From NCBI GenBank assembly GCA_045632185.1, contig JAZQWF010000057.1, forward strand, positions 1 to 57,816: 57,816 nt of DNA. Reading direction: 5' to 3'. The stretch is from Eubacteriales bacterium. GTDB taxonomy: Bacteria; Bacillota; Clostridia; Oscillospirales; CAG-272. Under the pieces are notes generated by a model. The model did no database searches, had not been told where the DNA came from, and saw only the letters and a program-made list of their open reading frames with translations. The translations under genes were made by a program, and so were the position numbers. Positions 1-8,569 of this stretch are shown one piece after another (the first letter of the stretch is position 1; each line of letters begins with the position of its first letter).

Positions 1-690
1 AAGAGAAGCCCACTCGGGACGGTCGAAGAACTCCTTGGTAAGGCCAACGCCCAGGCCCTCGGTGGTGAGGGTGGCAAGGGGAAGCTTGCCAAGAATGGTG
101 CGGATCTTGGCCTTGGCCTCGTCAGCCGCATTGTCGGCTGCATCGGTCAGCAGATCTGCTACCTTTGCTACAAGTGCCTCGCCCTTTGCGGTGTTGGCGC
201 GAAGAGCATAACCGCCCTCGACCTCCCAAACGGTTACGTCACCCTTGGGGTCTGCTGCGTCGATGCCGAAGGTGGCACAGAAGCAGGTGTCGGTGGGTCT
301 GCCGCATGCCATCGTCACAACGACGCCGTGCTCGCGGCGGTTCTTGTAGTAGGAGTCAACGGGATCAACGAGGTAAACGCGATCCAGAATGTCAAAGGAT
401 GCGGCGTCACAAGCGCGTACGCCGAACAGTACGAAGTCCTCGCACTCCTCGCGGGTGTCGATGACCTCGATCTTCTTGCCCTCCATCTTGAACTCCATCA
501 GGTTCTCGGTCTGGGGGAAGAAGAAGTCCTTGGCGGAACGGGTGGTGTTCAGCTTCTTGGAAAGCTCAACGCCCTCATTCCACTTCTTGAACTCGGAGCC
601 GGCGGCCGTATCAACGGGAAGGTACACAGCGGCGTCCTTGGAAAGGGCGGCAAAGAATGCCTGCAATTTGTCAGCAGAAAGCATCTTCAT
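1..690 (-). CDS. 4Fe-4S protein, AsrA / sulfhydrogenase-beta-like, 5' part only (gene runs off the left window edge)
   Basis: Absent from the ORF track because it is open at the edge. The minus-strand ATG at 690-688 shares its A with the TGA (692-690) of the upstream gene. My hand translation MKMLSADKLQAFFAALSKDAAVYLPVD...DFFFPQTENLMEF...FVLFGVRACDAASFDILDRVY...MACGRPTDTCFCATFG is stop-free to nt 1. Confidence 0.6.
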   Translation of the reverse strand, partial: MKMLSADKLQAFFAALSKDAAVYLPVDTAAGSEFKKWNEGVELSKKLNTTRSAKDFFFPQTENLMEFKMEGKKIEVIDTREECEDFVLFGVRACDAASFDILDRVYLVDPVDSYYKNRREHGVVVTMACGRPTDTCFCATFGIDAADPKGDVTVWEVEGGYALRANTAKGEALVAKVADLLTDAADNAADEAKAKIRTILGKLPLATLTTEGLGVGLTKEFFDRPEWASL

Positions 691-1655
691 CAGTGGGCAC
701 CTCCTTGTCCGGCCTCACGGTCATTTTTGGTGTAAGTACCAAGCGGGGGCTTGGCACCCGGATCCTCGCCTGCCTGATAGGTGCCGTAGAACTCGTTGAT
801 GTCCTTGATGAACTTGCGGTTCAGAAGGTGCAACGGAATGTTCTGGGGGCACACACGGGAGCATTCGCCGCAGTCAGTGCAGCGGCCTGCCACGTGGAAG
901 GCGCGGATGATGTGGAACATATTCTCCTCAAAGGAGGTAGCGGCTGCCTTCTGGGACACGCCGGAATTGGGATTGTCGAACACGCACTGCTCGCAGGTGC
1001 AAGCGGGGCAGACATTACGGCACGCGTTGCAGCGTACGCAACGGGAAAGCTCGCCACGCCAGAACGCAAAGCGCTCGTCGGGGGTCATGGCCTCCAATTT
1101 TTCTACCATATCAAAGCGTCCGCAATCCTCAATGACCTCGCCGTCCTCGCCGATCAGCTCGTCGTAAGCGACGTGCTTCTTGCTCTTGCAGGAGAGGCAA
1201 CGCTCGGCGGTCGCGTCAGCGGCCTTTACGGTCTCGGTGCCGTAAACGGTTTCCACCACGTACTCGCCGTCAACCTTGCGGATACCGGTGATGCCGGAGA
1301 TGCCCATTGCACGCAGCTTCTCTACGTCGGCCTTGCCGTAGCACTCGATACCGATCACGTAAACGTTCTCACGAATGATGCGGTGCTCAGCCACCAGCTG
1401 GTTGAAGCTGTAAGTGTCGCAGGGTTTGAGGAACACGAGGATCTTGCCCTCCTTGCGGCTCTCCTTTACCAAATACTTGGAAAGGTTAGCGGCGCAGAAG
1501 TCGTTGTAAAGGAAGCCGTTTTGCAGCTCCTCTGCCGTTTCGAATACGGCGGGGGTAACGTCATAGACGAATTCGCCTGCGGTCCAGCCCAGCACGCGGT
1601 TTACGGTGCCGTCAGCCAGCAGTTCAAGCGCTCTTTTTTCCATTACTGCTTGCAT
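690..1655 (-). CDS. 4Fe-4S dicluster protein associated with the Hdr/Mvh module
   Basis: 321-aa ORF with two ferredoxin motifs (CVRCNACRNVCP, CTDCGECSRVCP) and an LKPCD motif. Its start overlaps the end of mvhD and its stop overlaps the next ATG. Confidence 0.7.
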   Translation of the reverse strand: MQAVMEKRALELLADGTVNRVLGWTAGEFVYDVTPAVFETAEELQNGFLYNDFCAANLSKYLVKESRKEGKILVFLKPCDTYSFNQLVAEHRIIRENVYVIGIECYGKADVEKLRAMGISGITGIRKVDGEYVVETVYGTETVKAADATAERCLSCKSKKHVAYDELIGEDGEVIEDCGRFDMVEKLEAMTPDERFAFWRGELSRCVRCNACRNVCPACTCEQCVFDNPNSGVSQKAAATSFEENMFHIIRAFHVAGRCTDCGECSRVCPQNIPLHLLNRKFIKDINEFYGTYQAGEDPGAKPPLGTYTKNDREAGQGGAH

Positions 1656-2077
1656 CTCAGATCCTCCAATCTCTTGTTTTCACCGAGAGCGGCCACAGCG
1701 GCGGTGAACTCGGTCATGGTCTTGGAGAATTTCGCGCCCTCAGCGGCGGAGATCCATTCCAGACGGATGCGCTCCTTCTCAATGCCGAGGTATTCCAGCA
1801 TAGAGAAGAGCAACGCCATACGGCGGCGGGTGAAGTAGTTACCGCTGGTGTAGTGGCAGTCGCCGGGATGGCAGCCTGCGATGATGACACCGTCGGCACC
1901 GCGCTGGAATGCGCGGAGAATGAACATGGGGTTTACGCGGCAGGAGCAGGGAACGCGAATGACCTTTACGTCAGCGGGATATGCAAGACGGGCAGAACCT
2001 GCACCGTCAGCGCCTGCGTAAGAGCACCAGTTGCAGCAGAAGGCAACGATTTTCGGCTTGTATTCATTTACTTGCAT
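1643..2077 (-). CDS. mvhD: MvhD-like hydrogenase iron-sulfur subunit (methyl-viologen-reducing hydrogenase delta family)
   Basis: 144 aa with KIVAFCCNWCSYAGAD...VPCSCRV...AGCHPGDCHY cysteine pattern. Overlaps the 3' end of hdrA by 10 nt. Confidence 0.8.
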   Translation of the reverse strand: MQVNEYKPKIVAFCCNWCSYAGADGAGSARLAYPADVKVIRVPCSCRVNPMFILRAFQRGADGVIIAGCHPGDCHYTSGNYFTRRRMALLFSMLEYLGIEKERIRLEWISAAEGAKFSKTMTEFTAAVAALGENKRLEDLRCKQ

Positions 2078-4056
2078 ATTGCGTCAACCTCCGCCATGAT
2101 TTGTTTGTTAGTGAAGCCCTTCAAGTCCATAGCACCGGAGGGGCAAGCCACGGTACAAGCGCCGCAACCCTGGCAAACTGCGGGATTTACGGAAGCTACG
2201 CGGCGGATAAGCGTGGTGCGGTTCGGGCCGCGGTACTCCTTGTCGCTGTAACTGATCGCGCCGTAGGGGCAGACCTTCTCACAGGAGGAGCAGCCGTTAC
2301 AAAGCATCTCGTCGGAATGTGCCACGCAGGGATTGCACAGCAGCTTATCCTTAGCCAGCACGCCAATGACCTTGGCGGCGCATGCGGATGCCTGAGAAAC
2401 GGTTTCGGGAATATCCTTGGGACCCTGGCAAACGCCCGAGAGGAAGATGCCCGCGGTGGGGGACTCTACGGGACGAAGCTTGGGATGTGCCTCGGTGAAG
2501 AAATCGTTGGTGTCCATGCTGGCGGTCAGCATCGTAGCGATGGAGCGTGCGCTCTTATCGGGCTCGATCGCGGTAGCCAGTACGACGAGGTCTGCATCGA
2601 TGTGCATCTGCTCGCCTGCCAGCAGGTCGCTGGCCTGCACGCGCAGCTGCTTGCCGTTCTGCGTGACCTTGCCAACCATACCTTTAATATAATGTACGCC
2701 GTATTGCTCAACTGCGCGACGGTAGAACTCGTCAAAGTTCTTGCCGGGGGTACGTACGTCGATGTAGAATACGTAAACCTCGGTATCCGGATACTTCTCG
2801 CGGATCAGCATCGCGTGCTTTGCGGTGTACATGCAGCAGATCTTAGAGCAGTACTGCTTGCCGCGCTCCTCCTCGCAACGGGAGCCCACGCACTGAACGA
2901 AGACGATCTTGTGGGGGTGCTCGTTATCGGAGGGACGAAGCAGAGTGCCGTTGGTGGGGCCTGCCGCGTTCATCAATCTTTCCAATTCCAGGGAGGTGAC
3001 AACGTCGGGGTAGGTTGCGTAGCCGTACTCGTTGTATGCCTTGGCGTCAATGGGATTGAAGCCGGTAGCGGCAACGATGGCACCGTACTCTCTCTCGATG
3101 ATCTCGTCCTTCTGGGTGTAGTCGATCGCGCCTGCGCCACAGATCTTGGAGCAAACACCGCACTTGCCGGTTTTGAGCATGGTGCAGTAGTTGGGATCGA
3201 TGGTGGCTACCTTCGGCACGGCCTGTGCGAAGGGAATGTAGATGGCGCGACGGGTGTCAAGACCCATATTGAACTCGTTGGGAACCTTCTTCTGGGGGCA
3301 CTTCTCGGTGCAAAGGCCACAGCCCGTGCACTTGTTCTCGTCAACGAAGCGTGCCTTGCGGCGGATCTTCGCGCGGAAGTTACCTACGTAACCCAGAACG
3401 GCCTCGACCTCGCTGAACGCGTAGATGTTGATCTTCTCGTTCTGTGCGGCGTCTACCATCTTGGGGGTCAGGATACAAGCGGCACAGTCCAGCGTGGGGA
3501 AGGTCTTATCCAGCTGAGCCATCTTACCGCCGATGGTGGGGGATTTCTCTACGATATCAACCTCAAAGCCTGCCTCTGCGATATCAAGTGCAGTCTGAAT
3601 GCCTGCGATACCGCCGCCGATGACCAGCGCACGCTTGGTAACGGGGGACTCACCTGCCTGCAAGGGCTGGTTGAGGTGTACCTTTGCGATAGCGGCACGG
3701 CCGAGAATGATGGCCTTTTCGGTGGCTTCCTTCACGTCCTTGTGGATCCAGGAAACGTGCTCGCGGATGTTGGCGATCTCCACCATGTAGGGGTTCACGC
3801 CTTCCAGCTCTGCGGCCTTGCGGAAGGTTGCCTCGTGCATACGGGGCGAGCAGGAGCAGACGACAACGCCGGTGAGCTTCTTCTCACGGATGGCGGTGCG
3901 CATCAGCTGCTGACCGGACTCGGAGCACATGTACTGATATTCGGTGGAAAACACCACGCCTGCTTCACGGCCAAGGGCTTCTGCCACGGCCTTTACGTCA
4001 ACGGTGCCGGCAATGTTGGTACCGCAATGACAGACAAATACGCCAATTCTTTGCAT
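2068..4056 (-). CDS. hdrA: Heterodisulfide reductase subunit A-like FAD/Fe-S oxidoreductase
   Basis: 662 aa. N-terminus MQRIGVFVCHCGTNIAG, FAD fold VIGGGIAGIQTALDIAEAG, and four CxxCxxCxxxCP-type motifs (CTGCGLCTEKCP, CNGCSSCEKVCP, CQGCGACTVACP and others). Confidence 0.85.
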   Translation of the reverse strand: MQRIGVFVCHCGTNIAGTVDVKAVAEALGREAGVVFSTEYQYMCSESGQQLMRTAIREKKLTGVVVCSCSPRMHEATFRKAAELEGVNPYMVEIANIREHVSWIHKDVKEATEKAIILGRAAIAKVHLNQPLQAGESPVTKRALVIGGGIAGIQTALDIAEAGFEVDIVEKSPTIGGKMAQLDKTFPTLDCAACILTPKMVDAAQNEKINIYAFSEVEAVLGYVGNFRAKIRRKARFVDENKCTGCGLCTEKCPQKKVPNEFNMGLDTRRAIYIPFAQAVPKVATIDPNYCTMLKTGKCGVCSKICGAGAIDYTQKDEIIEREYGAIVAATGFNPIDAKAYNEYGYATYPDVVTSLELERLMNAAGPTNGTLLRPSDNEHPHKIVFVQCVGSRCEEERGKQYCSKICCMYTAKHAMLIREKYPDTEVYVFYIDVRTPGKNFDEFYRRAVEQYGVHYIKGMVGKVTQNGKQLRVQASDLLAGEQMHIDADLVVLATAIEPDKSARSIATMLTASMDTNDFFTEAHPKLRPVESPTAGIFLSGVCQGPKDIPETVSQASACAAKVIGVLAKDKLLCNPCVAHSDEMLCNGCSSCEKVCPYGAISYSDKEYRGPNRTTLIRRVASVNPAVCQGCGACTVACPSGAMDLKGFTNKQIMAEVDAICK

Positions 4057-4070
4057 TGTGCTTTCCCTCC

Positions 4071-4463
4071 TTACTTGCTGTATTTTCTGAATGCGCTGGT
4101 GAAGAGCTGCTGCGGCATATCCTCTTCCAGCATAGCGGGGATCTGTTCGGGCTTGAAGTGGTTCTGACCCTGCTTGCGAACAACGGCCACGCGAACGGCC
4201 TCGATCACCTTTGCGGGCTCAACGCCGCGGGGGCAACGGTCTACGCAAGCAAAGCAGGAAAGGCACTTGAAGATCGAGGGGCTGGCAGCCAGCTTTTCGA
4301 CCTCACCCTTTTCTACCATGTAAACGAACTGATGGGGGTGATACTCCATCTCGTCAAAGGCGGGGCAGGTTGCGGTGCATTTGCCGCAACGCATGCATTT
4401 CAGCACGTTGACGCCCGCAGAGCGGATGACCTGCTCGGTCATATTATTTCCATGACTCATCAC
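4071..4463 (-). CDS. hdrC: Heterodisulfide reductase subunit C-like 4Fe-4S protein
   Basis: 130 aa with CMRCGKCTATCP and CLSCFACVDRCP, located between the hdrB-like and hdrA-like genes. Confidence 0.75.
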   Translation of the reverse strand: MMSHGNNMTEQVIRSAGVNVLKCMRCGKCTATCPAFDEMEYHPHQFVYMVEKGEVEKLAASPSIFKCLSCFACVDRCPRGVEPAKVIEAVRVAVVRKQGQNHFKPEQIPAMLEEDMPQQLFTSAFRKYSK

Positions 4464-4473
4464 ACGCCTCCTT

Positions 4474-5253
4474 TCACTTCACGCCAAGCGCTTCTGCAAG
4501 CAGCTCGGTGAAGTATACGACGGGCAGATCGGTGCCGCCGTTCTTTGCAAGGTTGTAAAGGCAAAGGGGGCAAGCGGTGATCACGGTGTCGGCGCCGTTA
4601 TTTGCGGCGTCCTCCATCACGATGTTGCTGCGCTTCTTTGCCTGTGCGCGATCCTCGGCTGCCACGTAACCGCCGCAGCACTCGTTGCGCATGCCCCAGA
4701 TCACGGGCTCGGCGCCGATGGCGCGGATAAAGTCCTCCAAGATCGTGGGGTTTTCAGGATCGTCAAATTGCATCACCTTGCCGGGACGCAGCAGAAGGCA
4801 GCCGTAGTAAGCGGCGATCTTGCGGCCGGTCAGGGGATTTTTGACAGCTGCTTTGAGATTGTCGAAGCCCACGCGATCGCGGAGGACTTCAAGGAAGTGG
4901 AGCACGTTGGTCTCGCCTGCATAGGGCGTTTCCAGCGCCATGTAGTTGTTGACGCGAAGGGCGATGTTCTCATCGGTCTTCATGTCGTGGTTGACCTGCT
5001 TGATGACGTTGTGGCAAGCGGAGCAGAGGGTCACCAGATCCTCGCCGTTTTCGCGTGCACTTACAAGCGCGCGTACGGATGAAAGCTTGGTTGCGATCTC
5101 GTCCTTTGCCATCGGATATACGGCACCGCAGCATTGCCAGTCTGCCAGCTCACAAAGCTCAAAGCCAAGTGCCTCGGCGCTTTTGCGCGCGTAAATATCG
5201 AGGTCCTTGCCCTTGGTTTTCAGCGTACAGCCGGGGAAATAACTGAACTTCAT
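4474..5253 (-). CDS. hdrB: Heterodisulfide reductase subunit B-like CCG-domain protein
   Basis: Two CCG cysteine motifs (CCGAVYPM, CCGGYVAAE). I chose the start MKFSYFPGC at 5253, behind the SD AAAAGGAGAAAACA, rather than the track start at 5316. Confidence 0.75.
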   Translation of the reverse strand: MKFSYFPGCTLKTKGKDLDIYARKSAEALGFELCELADWQCCGAVYPMAKDEIATKLSSVRALVSARENGEDLVTLCSACHNVIKQVNHDMKTDENIALRVNNYMALETPYAGETNVLHFLEVLRDRVGFDNLKAAVKNPLTGRKIAAYYGCLLLRPGKVMQFDDPENPTILEDFIRAIGAEPVIWGMRNECCGGYVAAEDRAQAKKRSNIVMEDAANNGADTVITACPLCLYNLAKNGGTDLPVVYFTELLAEALGVK

Positions 5254-5324
5254 TGTTTTCTCCTTTTGGCTTATTTTTTTGTTTCTGTCAAAAGGGCATA
5301 CGTGTGCCCTAAACATTACTTATA

Positions 5325-5353
5325 ATTATATCATCTTTGTTTTTGCGTGTCAA
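5325..5353 (-). promoter_or_regulatory. Consensus sigma-70 promoter of the hdr operon
   Basis: Minus strand reads TTGACA - 17 nt - TATAAT. On the plus strand this is tgtcaa at 5348-5353 and attata at 5325-5330. Confidence 0.6.
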
Positions 5354-5470
5354 TACACACGTGCGCGCCAAGCGCACGTAAAGGGGGACAATTTTTGCTG
5401 ATTTTTATGATATCTTTTTGTCAATGTTGTATATTTTTGTAGAAAGAGGGCGGAAATACATGCTCCCCAC

Positions 5471-5499
5471 TTGAATTTTTCACGGGAATGTGCTATACT
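5471..5499 (+). promoter_or_regulatory. Sigma-70 promoter of sufC
   Basis: TTGAAT (5471-5476) - 17 nt - TATACT (5494-5499), about 40 nt upstream of the sufC ATG. Confidence 0.55.
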
Positions 5500-5540
5500 A
5501 ACACTGATTTATTTCCAAGTATAAGCAAGGAGTTTTCAAC

Positions 5541-6269
5541 ATGCTGGAATTGCAACATGTCGGGTTTGTCGTGCCTGCGGAAAACGGCGGCAAATCCGTG
5601 ATTTTAGAGGACGTTAACTTGAAGGTGTCCGAGCGCTTCGTGGCGATCACCGGCCCCAACGGCAGCGGTAAGTCCACCGTGGCCAAGATCATTGCGGGCA
5701 TCGAAAAGCCCACCTCCGGCCGCGTGCTGTTCGACGGTGTGGATATCACCGATCTGTCGATCACCGAGCGCGCCAAAATGGGCATCAGCTTCGCCTTCCA
5801 ACAGCCCGTGCGCTTCAAGGGCATTACCGTTAAGGATCTGATCTCGCTGGCGGCGGGCTCCAAGATCTCGGTCGCCACCGCGTGCGAGTATCTGTCTGAG
5901 GTCGGCCTTTGCGCCAAGGAGTATATCAACCGCGAGGTGAACGCCTCTCTTTCCGGCGGCGAATTGAAGCGCATTGAGATCGCTATGATCAACGCGCGCG
6001 GCACAAAGCTTTCCGTGTTTGACGAGCCGGAGGCCGGCATCGACCTTTGGAGCTTCAACAGCTTGATCCGCGTGTTTGAAAAGATGCACGAGCGCACCAA
6101 CGGCTCGATCCTGATCATTTCCCACCAGGAGCGCATTCTGGATATCGCGGACAAGATCGTGGTGATTGCAAACGGCCACGTAGCGGCTGAGGGCGCAAAG
6201 GCAGATATCCTGCCCGAGCTTCTGAACGCCAGAAGCGCTTGCCGCGTGATCGAGGAGGTGACGAAGTAA
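5541..6269 (+). CDS. sufC: Fe-S cluster assembly ATPase SufC
   Basis: Walker A GPNGSGKST, signature LSGGELKR, Walker B LSVFDEPEAGID, SHQERIL tail. SD AAGGAG upstream. Confidence 0.85.
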   Translation: MLELQHVGFVVPAENGGKSVILEDVNLKVSERFVAITGPNGSGKSTVAKIIAGIEKPTSGRVLFDGVDITDLSITERAKMGISFAFQQPVRFKGITVKDLISLAAGSKISVATACEYLSEVGLCAKEYINREVNASLSGGELKRIEIAMINARGTKLSVFDEPEAGIDLWSFNSLIRVFEKMHERTNGSILIISHQERILDIADKIVVIANGHVAAEGAKADILPELLNARSACRVIEEVTK

Positions 6270-7192
6270 TGGCACTGGACAGCATTCAAAAGACGCTTTT
6301 AGAGCAGGTCGCAGACCTGCATGAGATCCCCGAGGGCGCGTATTCCTTGCGCGTGGACGGTGAGACCTTTGCCAAGAACTCTACCGAGGATATCGAGATC
6401 GTCAAAAAGACGGACAAAGAGGGCATTGACATCTATATCAAGCCCGGTACGAAAAAGCAGAGCCTGCACATTCCCGTCCTGCTTGCCAAGAGCGGCCTTA
6501 AAGAATTGGTGTATAACGATTTCCATATCGGTGCGGATTGCGACATTACCATCGTTGCGGGCTGCGGCATTCACAACGGCGGCGCCAAGGACAGCGAGCA
6601 TAGCGGCATTCACAGCTTTTTCGTGGGTGAGAATGCGCGTGTCAAATATGTGGAAAAGCATTACGGTGCAGGAGATGGCAACGGCAAGAACCTGATGAAC
6701 CCCACCACCGAGATCGTGATGGAGAAGAACAGCTATATGGAGATGGAAACCGCACAGATAGGGGGCGTGGACTCCACCAAGCGCATCACGCGTGCCAAGC
6801 TGGCCGAGGGCGCCACGCTGATCACGCACGAAAAGATCATGACGCACGGCGAGCAGTATGCGGAAACCTATTTCGAGATCGACCTTAACGGCGAGAACTG
6901 CGGTGCGCACATCGTATCCCGCTCGGTTGCCAAAGACAAGTCCCGCCAGCATTTCGTGTCCCACGTGAACGGCAACAACCTTTGCTCGGGTCACACCGAG
7001 TGTGACGCCATTATCATGGACGAGGCCTCCGTCAGCGCGGTGCCCGAGATCATGGCAAATCACCCTTCCGCATCCCTTATCCACGAGGCGGCGATCGGCA
7101 AGATTGCGGGCGAGCAGCTGATCAAGCTGATGACCCTCGGCCTTACGGAGAAAGAGGCAGAGGAGCAGATCATCAACGGCTTCTTAAAGTAA
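6269..7192 (+). CDS. SufB/SufD-family Fe-S assembly scaffold protein
   Basis: The ATG at 6269 overlaps the sufC TAA (TAATG). 307 aa ending ...LIHEAAIGKIAGEQLIKLMTLGLTEKEAEEQIINGFL, typical of the SufBD C-terminus. Confidence 0.75.
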   Translation: MALDSIQKTLLEQVADLHEIPEGAYSLRVDGETFAKNSTEDIEIVKKTDKEGIDIYIKPGTKKQSLHIPVLLAKSGLKELVYNDFHIGADCDITIVAGCGIHNGGAKDSEHSGIHSFFVGENARVKYVEKHYGAGDGNGKNLMNPTTEIVMEKNSYMEMETAQIGGVDSTKRITRAKLAEGATLITHEKIMTHGEQYAETYFEIDLNGENCGAHIVSRSVAKDKSRQHFVSHVNGNNLCSGHTECDAIIMDEASVSAVPEIMANHPSASLIHEAAIGKIAGEQLIKLMTLGLTEKEAEEQIINGFLK

Positions 7193-7270
7193 GACCGACA
7201 TCTTTGGCGCAGGGCACGCGCTCTCGGGGAAACTCGACGTAGGTTACTACGCCTTCGCCCCGAGATCACG

Positions 7271-7416
7271 CACCCTGCATCCAAACCTGGCGGTCTTTTG
7301 TTATTTTTGCGGAGTCGCCCCGCGTTTTGGCACTCTGCATCCAAACCTGGCGGTCTTTTGTTATTTTGCGGAATTGCCCTGCGTTTTTGCACTCTGCATC
7401 CTAAATCTCCGCAGCG
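7271..7416. repeat. Intergenic tandem repeat, about 60-nt unit, about 2.4 copies
   Basis: Unit A 7271-7330 (caccctgcatccaaacctggcggtcttttgttatttttgcgg...). Unit B 7331-7389 (cactctgcatccaaacctggcggtcttttgttattttgcgg...). Partial unit C 7390-7416 (cactctgcatcctaaatctccgcag). Confidence 0.85.
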
Positions 7417-7445
7417 AAAAATGTATTTGTGAAAGGAGTAGTTTT

Positions 7446-8531
7446 ATGGACGAAAACAAAAAATTGATATTGCCCGATATGAAGTTGCTCCTTTCGTGGT
7501 ATGAGGCAAACAAGCGCGATCTGCCTTGGCGCCACACGCGCGATCCGTATCGCATCTGGGTGTCGGAGATCATGCTGCAACAGACCCGCGTGGAGGCGGT
7601 GATCCCGTATTACGAGCGCTTTCTTTCCCGCCTGCCCACGGTGCGCTCACTTGCCGCGTGTCCCGAGGACGAGCTGATGAAGCTTTGGGAGGGGCTCGGC
7701 TATTACAGCCGCGTGCGCAATATGCAAAAGGCAGCACGCAGCATCATGGAGCTGCACGGCGGCATTTTCCCCGCCACGTATGCGGAAATTCGCGCACTTT
7801 GCGGCATTGGCGACTACACGGCGGGGGCGATCGCTTCCTTTGCGTTTGATCTCCCCGCGCCTGCGGTAGACGGCAACGTGCTGCGCGTGGTCGCGCGTCT
7901 TTGTGCTTATGGAGAGGACGTTTTGTCCCCCGTGGCCAAGCGTACCATTACCGCAGCAGTCGCGGCGGCAATGCCGCAAGACCGCGCGGCGGATTTCAAT
8001 CAGGCGCTCATTGAGTTGGGTGCTATCGTGTGCCTGCCGAACGGCGTGCCGAAGTGCGGTGAGTGCCCCTTGCAGGACGTATGCGCTGCCCGTGCCGAGG
8101 GACTGGAAACACAGCTGCCCGTGCGCAAAAAAGCGGCTCCGCGCAAAATTACCCCCAAAACGGTGTTGATTTTGCGTGACGGTGAGCGCGTGGCGCTCTG
8201 CCGCCGCCCCGACACGGGGCTGCTTGCGGGGCTATACGAGCCGCCCTCGCTGGCGGGACATTGGTGCGAGGGGGATCTGCGCGCGATGCTGCTTGATAAC
8301 GGCATCGATCCGCTCTACCTGACCCCCTTGGAAAATGCCAAGCACATTTTCACGCATCTGGAATGGCACATGGTGGGGTTTGAGATCGTTCTGCGCGAGG
8401 AGGACGCCGTAAAAATCGGCAATATCCCCCTTGACGGTGTGAAAAACGAGGTGTTTTTCGCACCGCGCGAGGAAATCGACAAAAACTACGCGATCCCCGG
8501 TGCGTACCGCGCGTACAGACCTTATATGTAA
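7446..8531 (+). CDS. mutY: A/G-specific adenine DNA glycosylase MutY
   Basis: LPWRHTRDPYRIWVSEIMLQQTRV, HhH GIGDYTAGAI, Fe-S loop CLPNGVPKCGECPLQDVC, C-terminal MutT-like domain. Start set at MDENKK (7446) behind the SD AAAGGAG. Confidence 0.85.
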   Translation: MDENKKLILPDMKLLLSWYEANKRDLPWRHTRDPYRIWVSEIMLQQTRVEAVIPYYERFLSRLPTVRSLAACPEDELMKLWEGLGYYSRVRNMQKAARSIMELHGGIFPATYAEIRALCGIGDYTAGAIASFAFDLPAPAVDGNVLRVVARLCAYGEDVLSPVAKRTITAAVAAAMPQDRAADFNQALIELGAIVCLPNGVPKCGECPLQDVCAARAEGLETQLPVRKKAAPRKITPKTVLILRDGERVALCRRPDTGLLAGLYEPPSLAGHWCEGDLRAMLLDNGIDPLYLTPLENAKHIFTHLEWHMVGFEIVLREEDAVKIGNIPLDGVKNEVFFAPREEIDKNYAIPGAYRAYRPYM

Positions 8532-8532
8532 C

Positions 8533-8568
8533 AAAAAACGGCTTGCCGAGCGGCAAGCCGTTTTTTTT
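8533..8568. terminator. Bidirectional intrinsic terminator (mutY / citrate synthase)
   Basis: aaaaaaCGGCTTGCCgagCGGCAAGCCGtttttttt: a GC stem flanked by an A-run and a T-run. Confidence 0.85.
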
Positions 8569-8569
8569 G

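Noticed and set aside
1981-4167. 728-aa plus-strand ORF antisense to hdrA. Similar long antisense ORFs occur at 657-1838, 8543-10012, 22596-23867, 25177-26826, 26861-28072, 29407-30894, 40273-41955, 52592-54220 and 55480-57633.
   Set aside because: All lie opposite genes with clear family signatures, lack SDs, and have the Ala/Gly/Arg/His-rich look of reverse-frame translation of GC-rich genes.
7271-7416. Possible CRISPR array
   Set aside because: The 60-nt units are directly adjacent with no spacers, there are only about 2.4 copies, and no cas genes are in the window.
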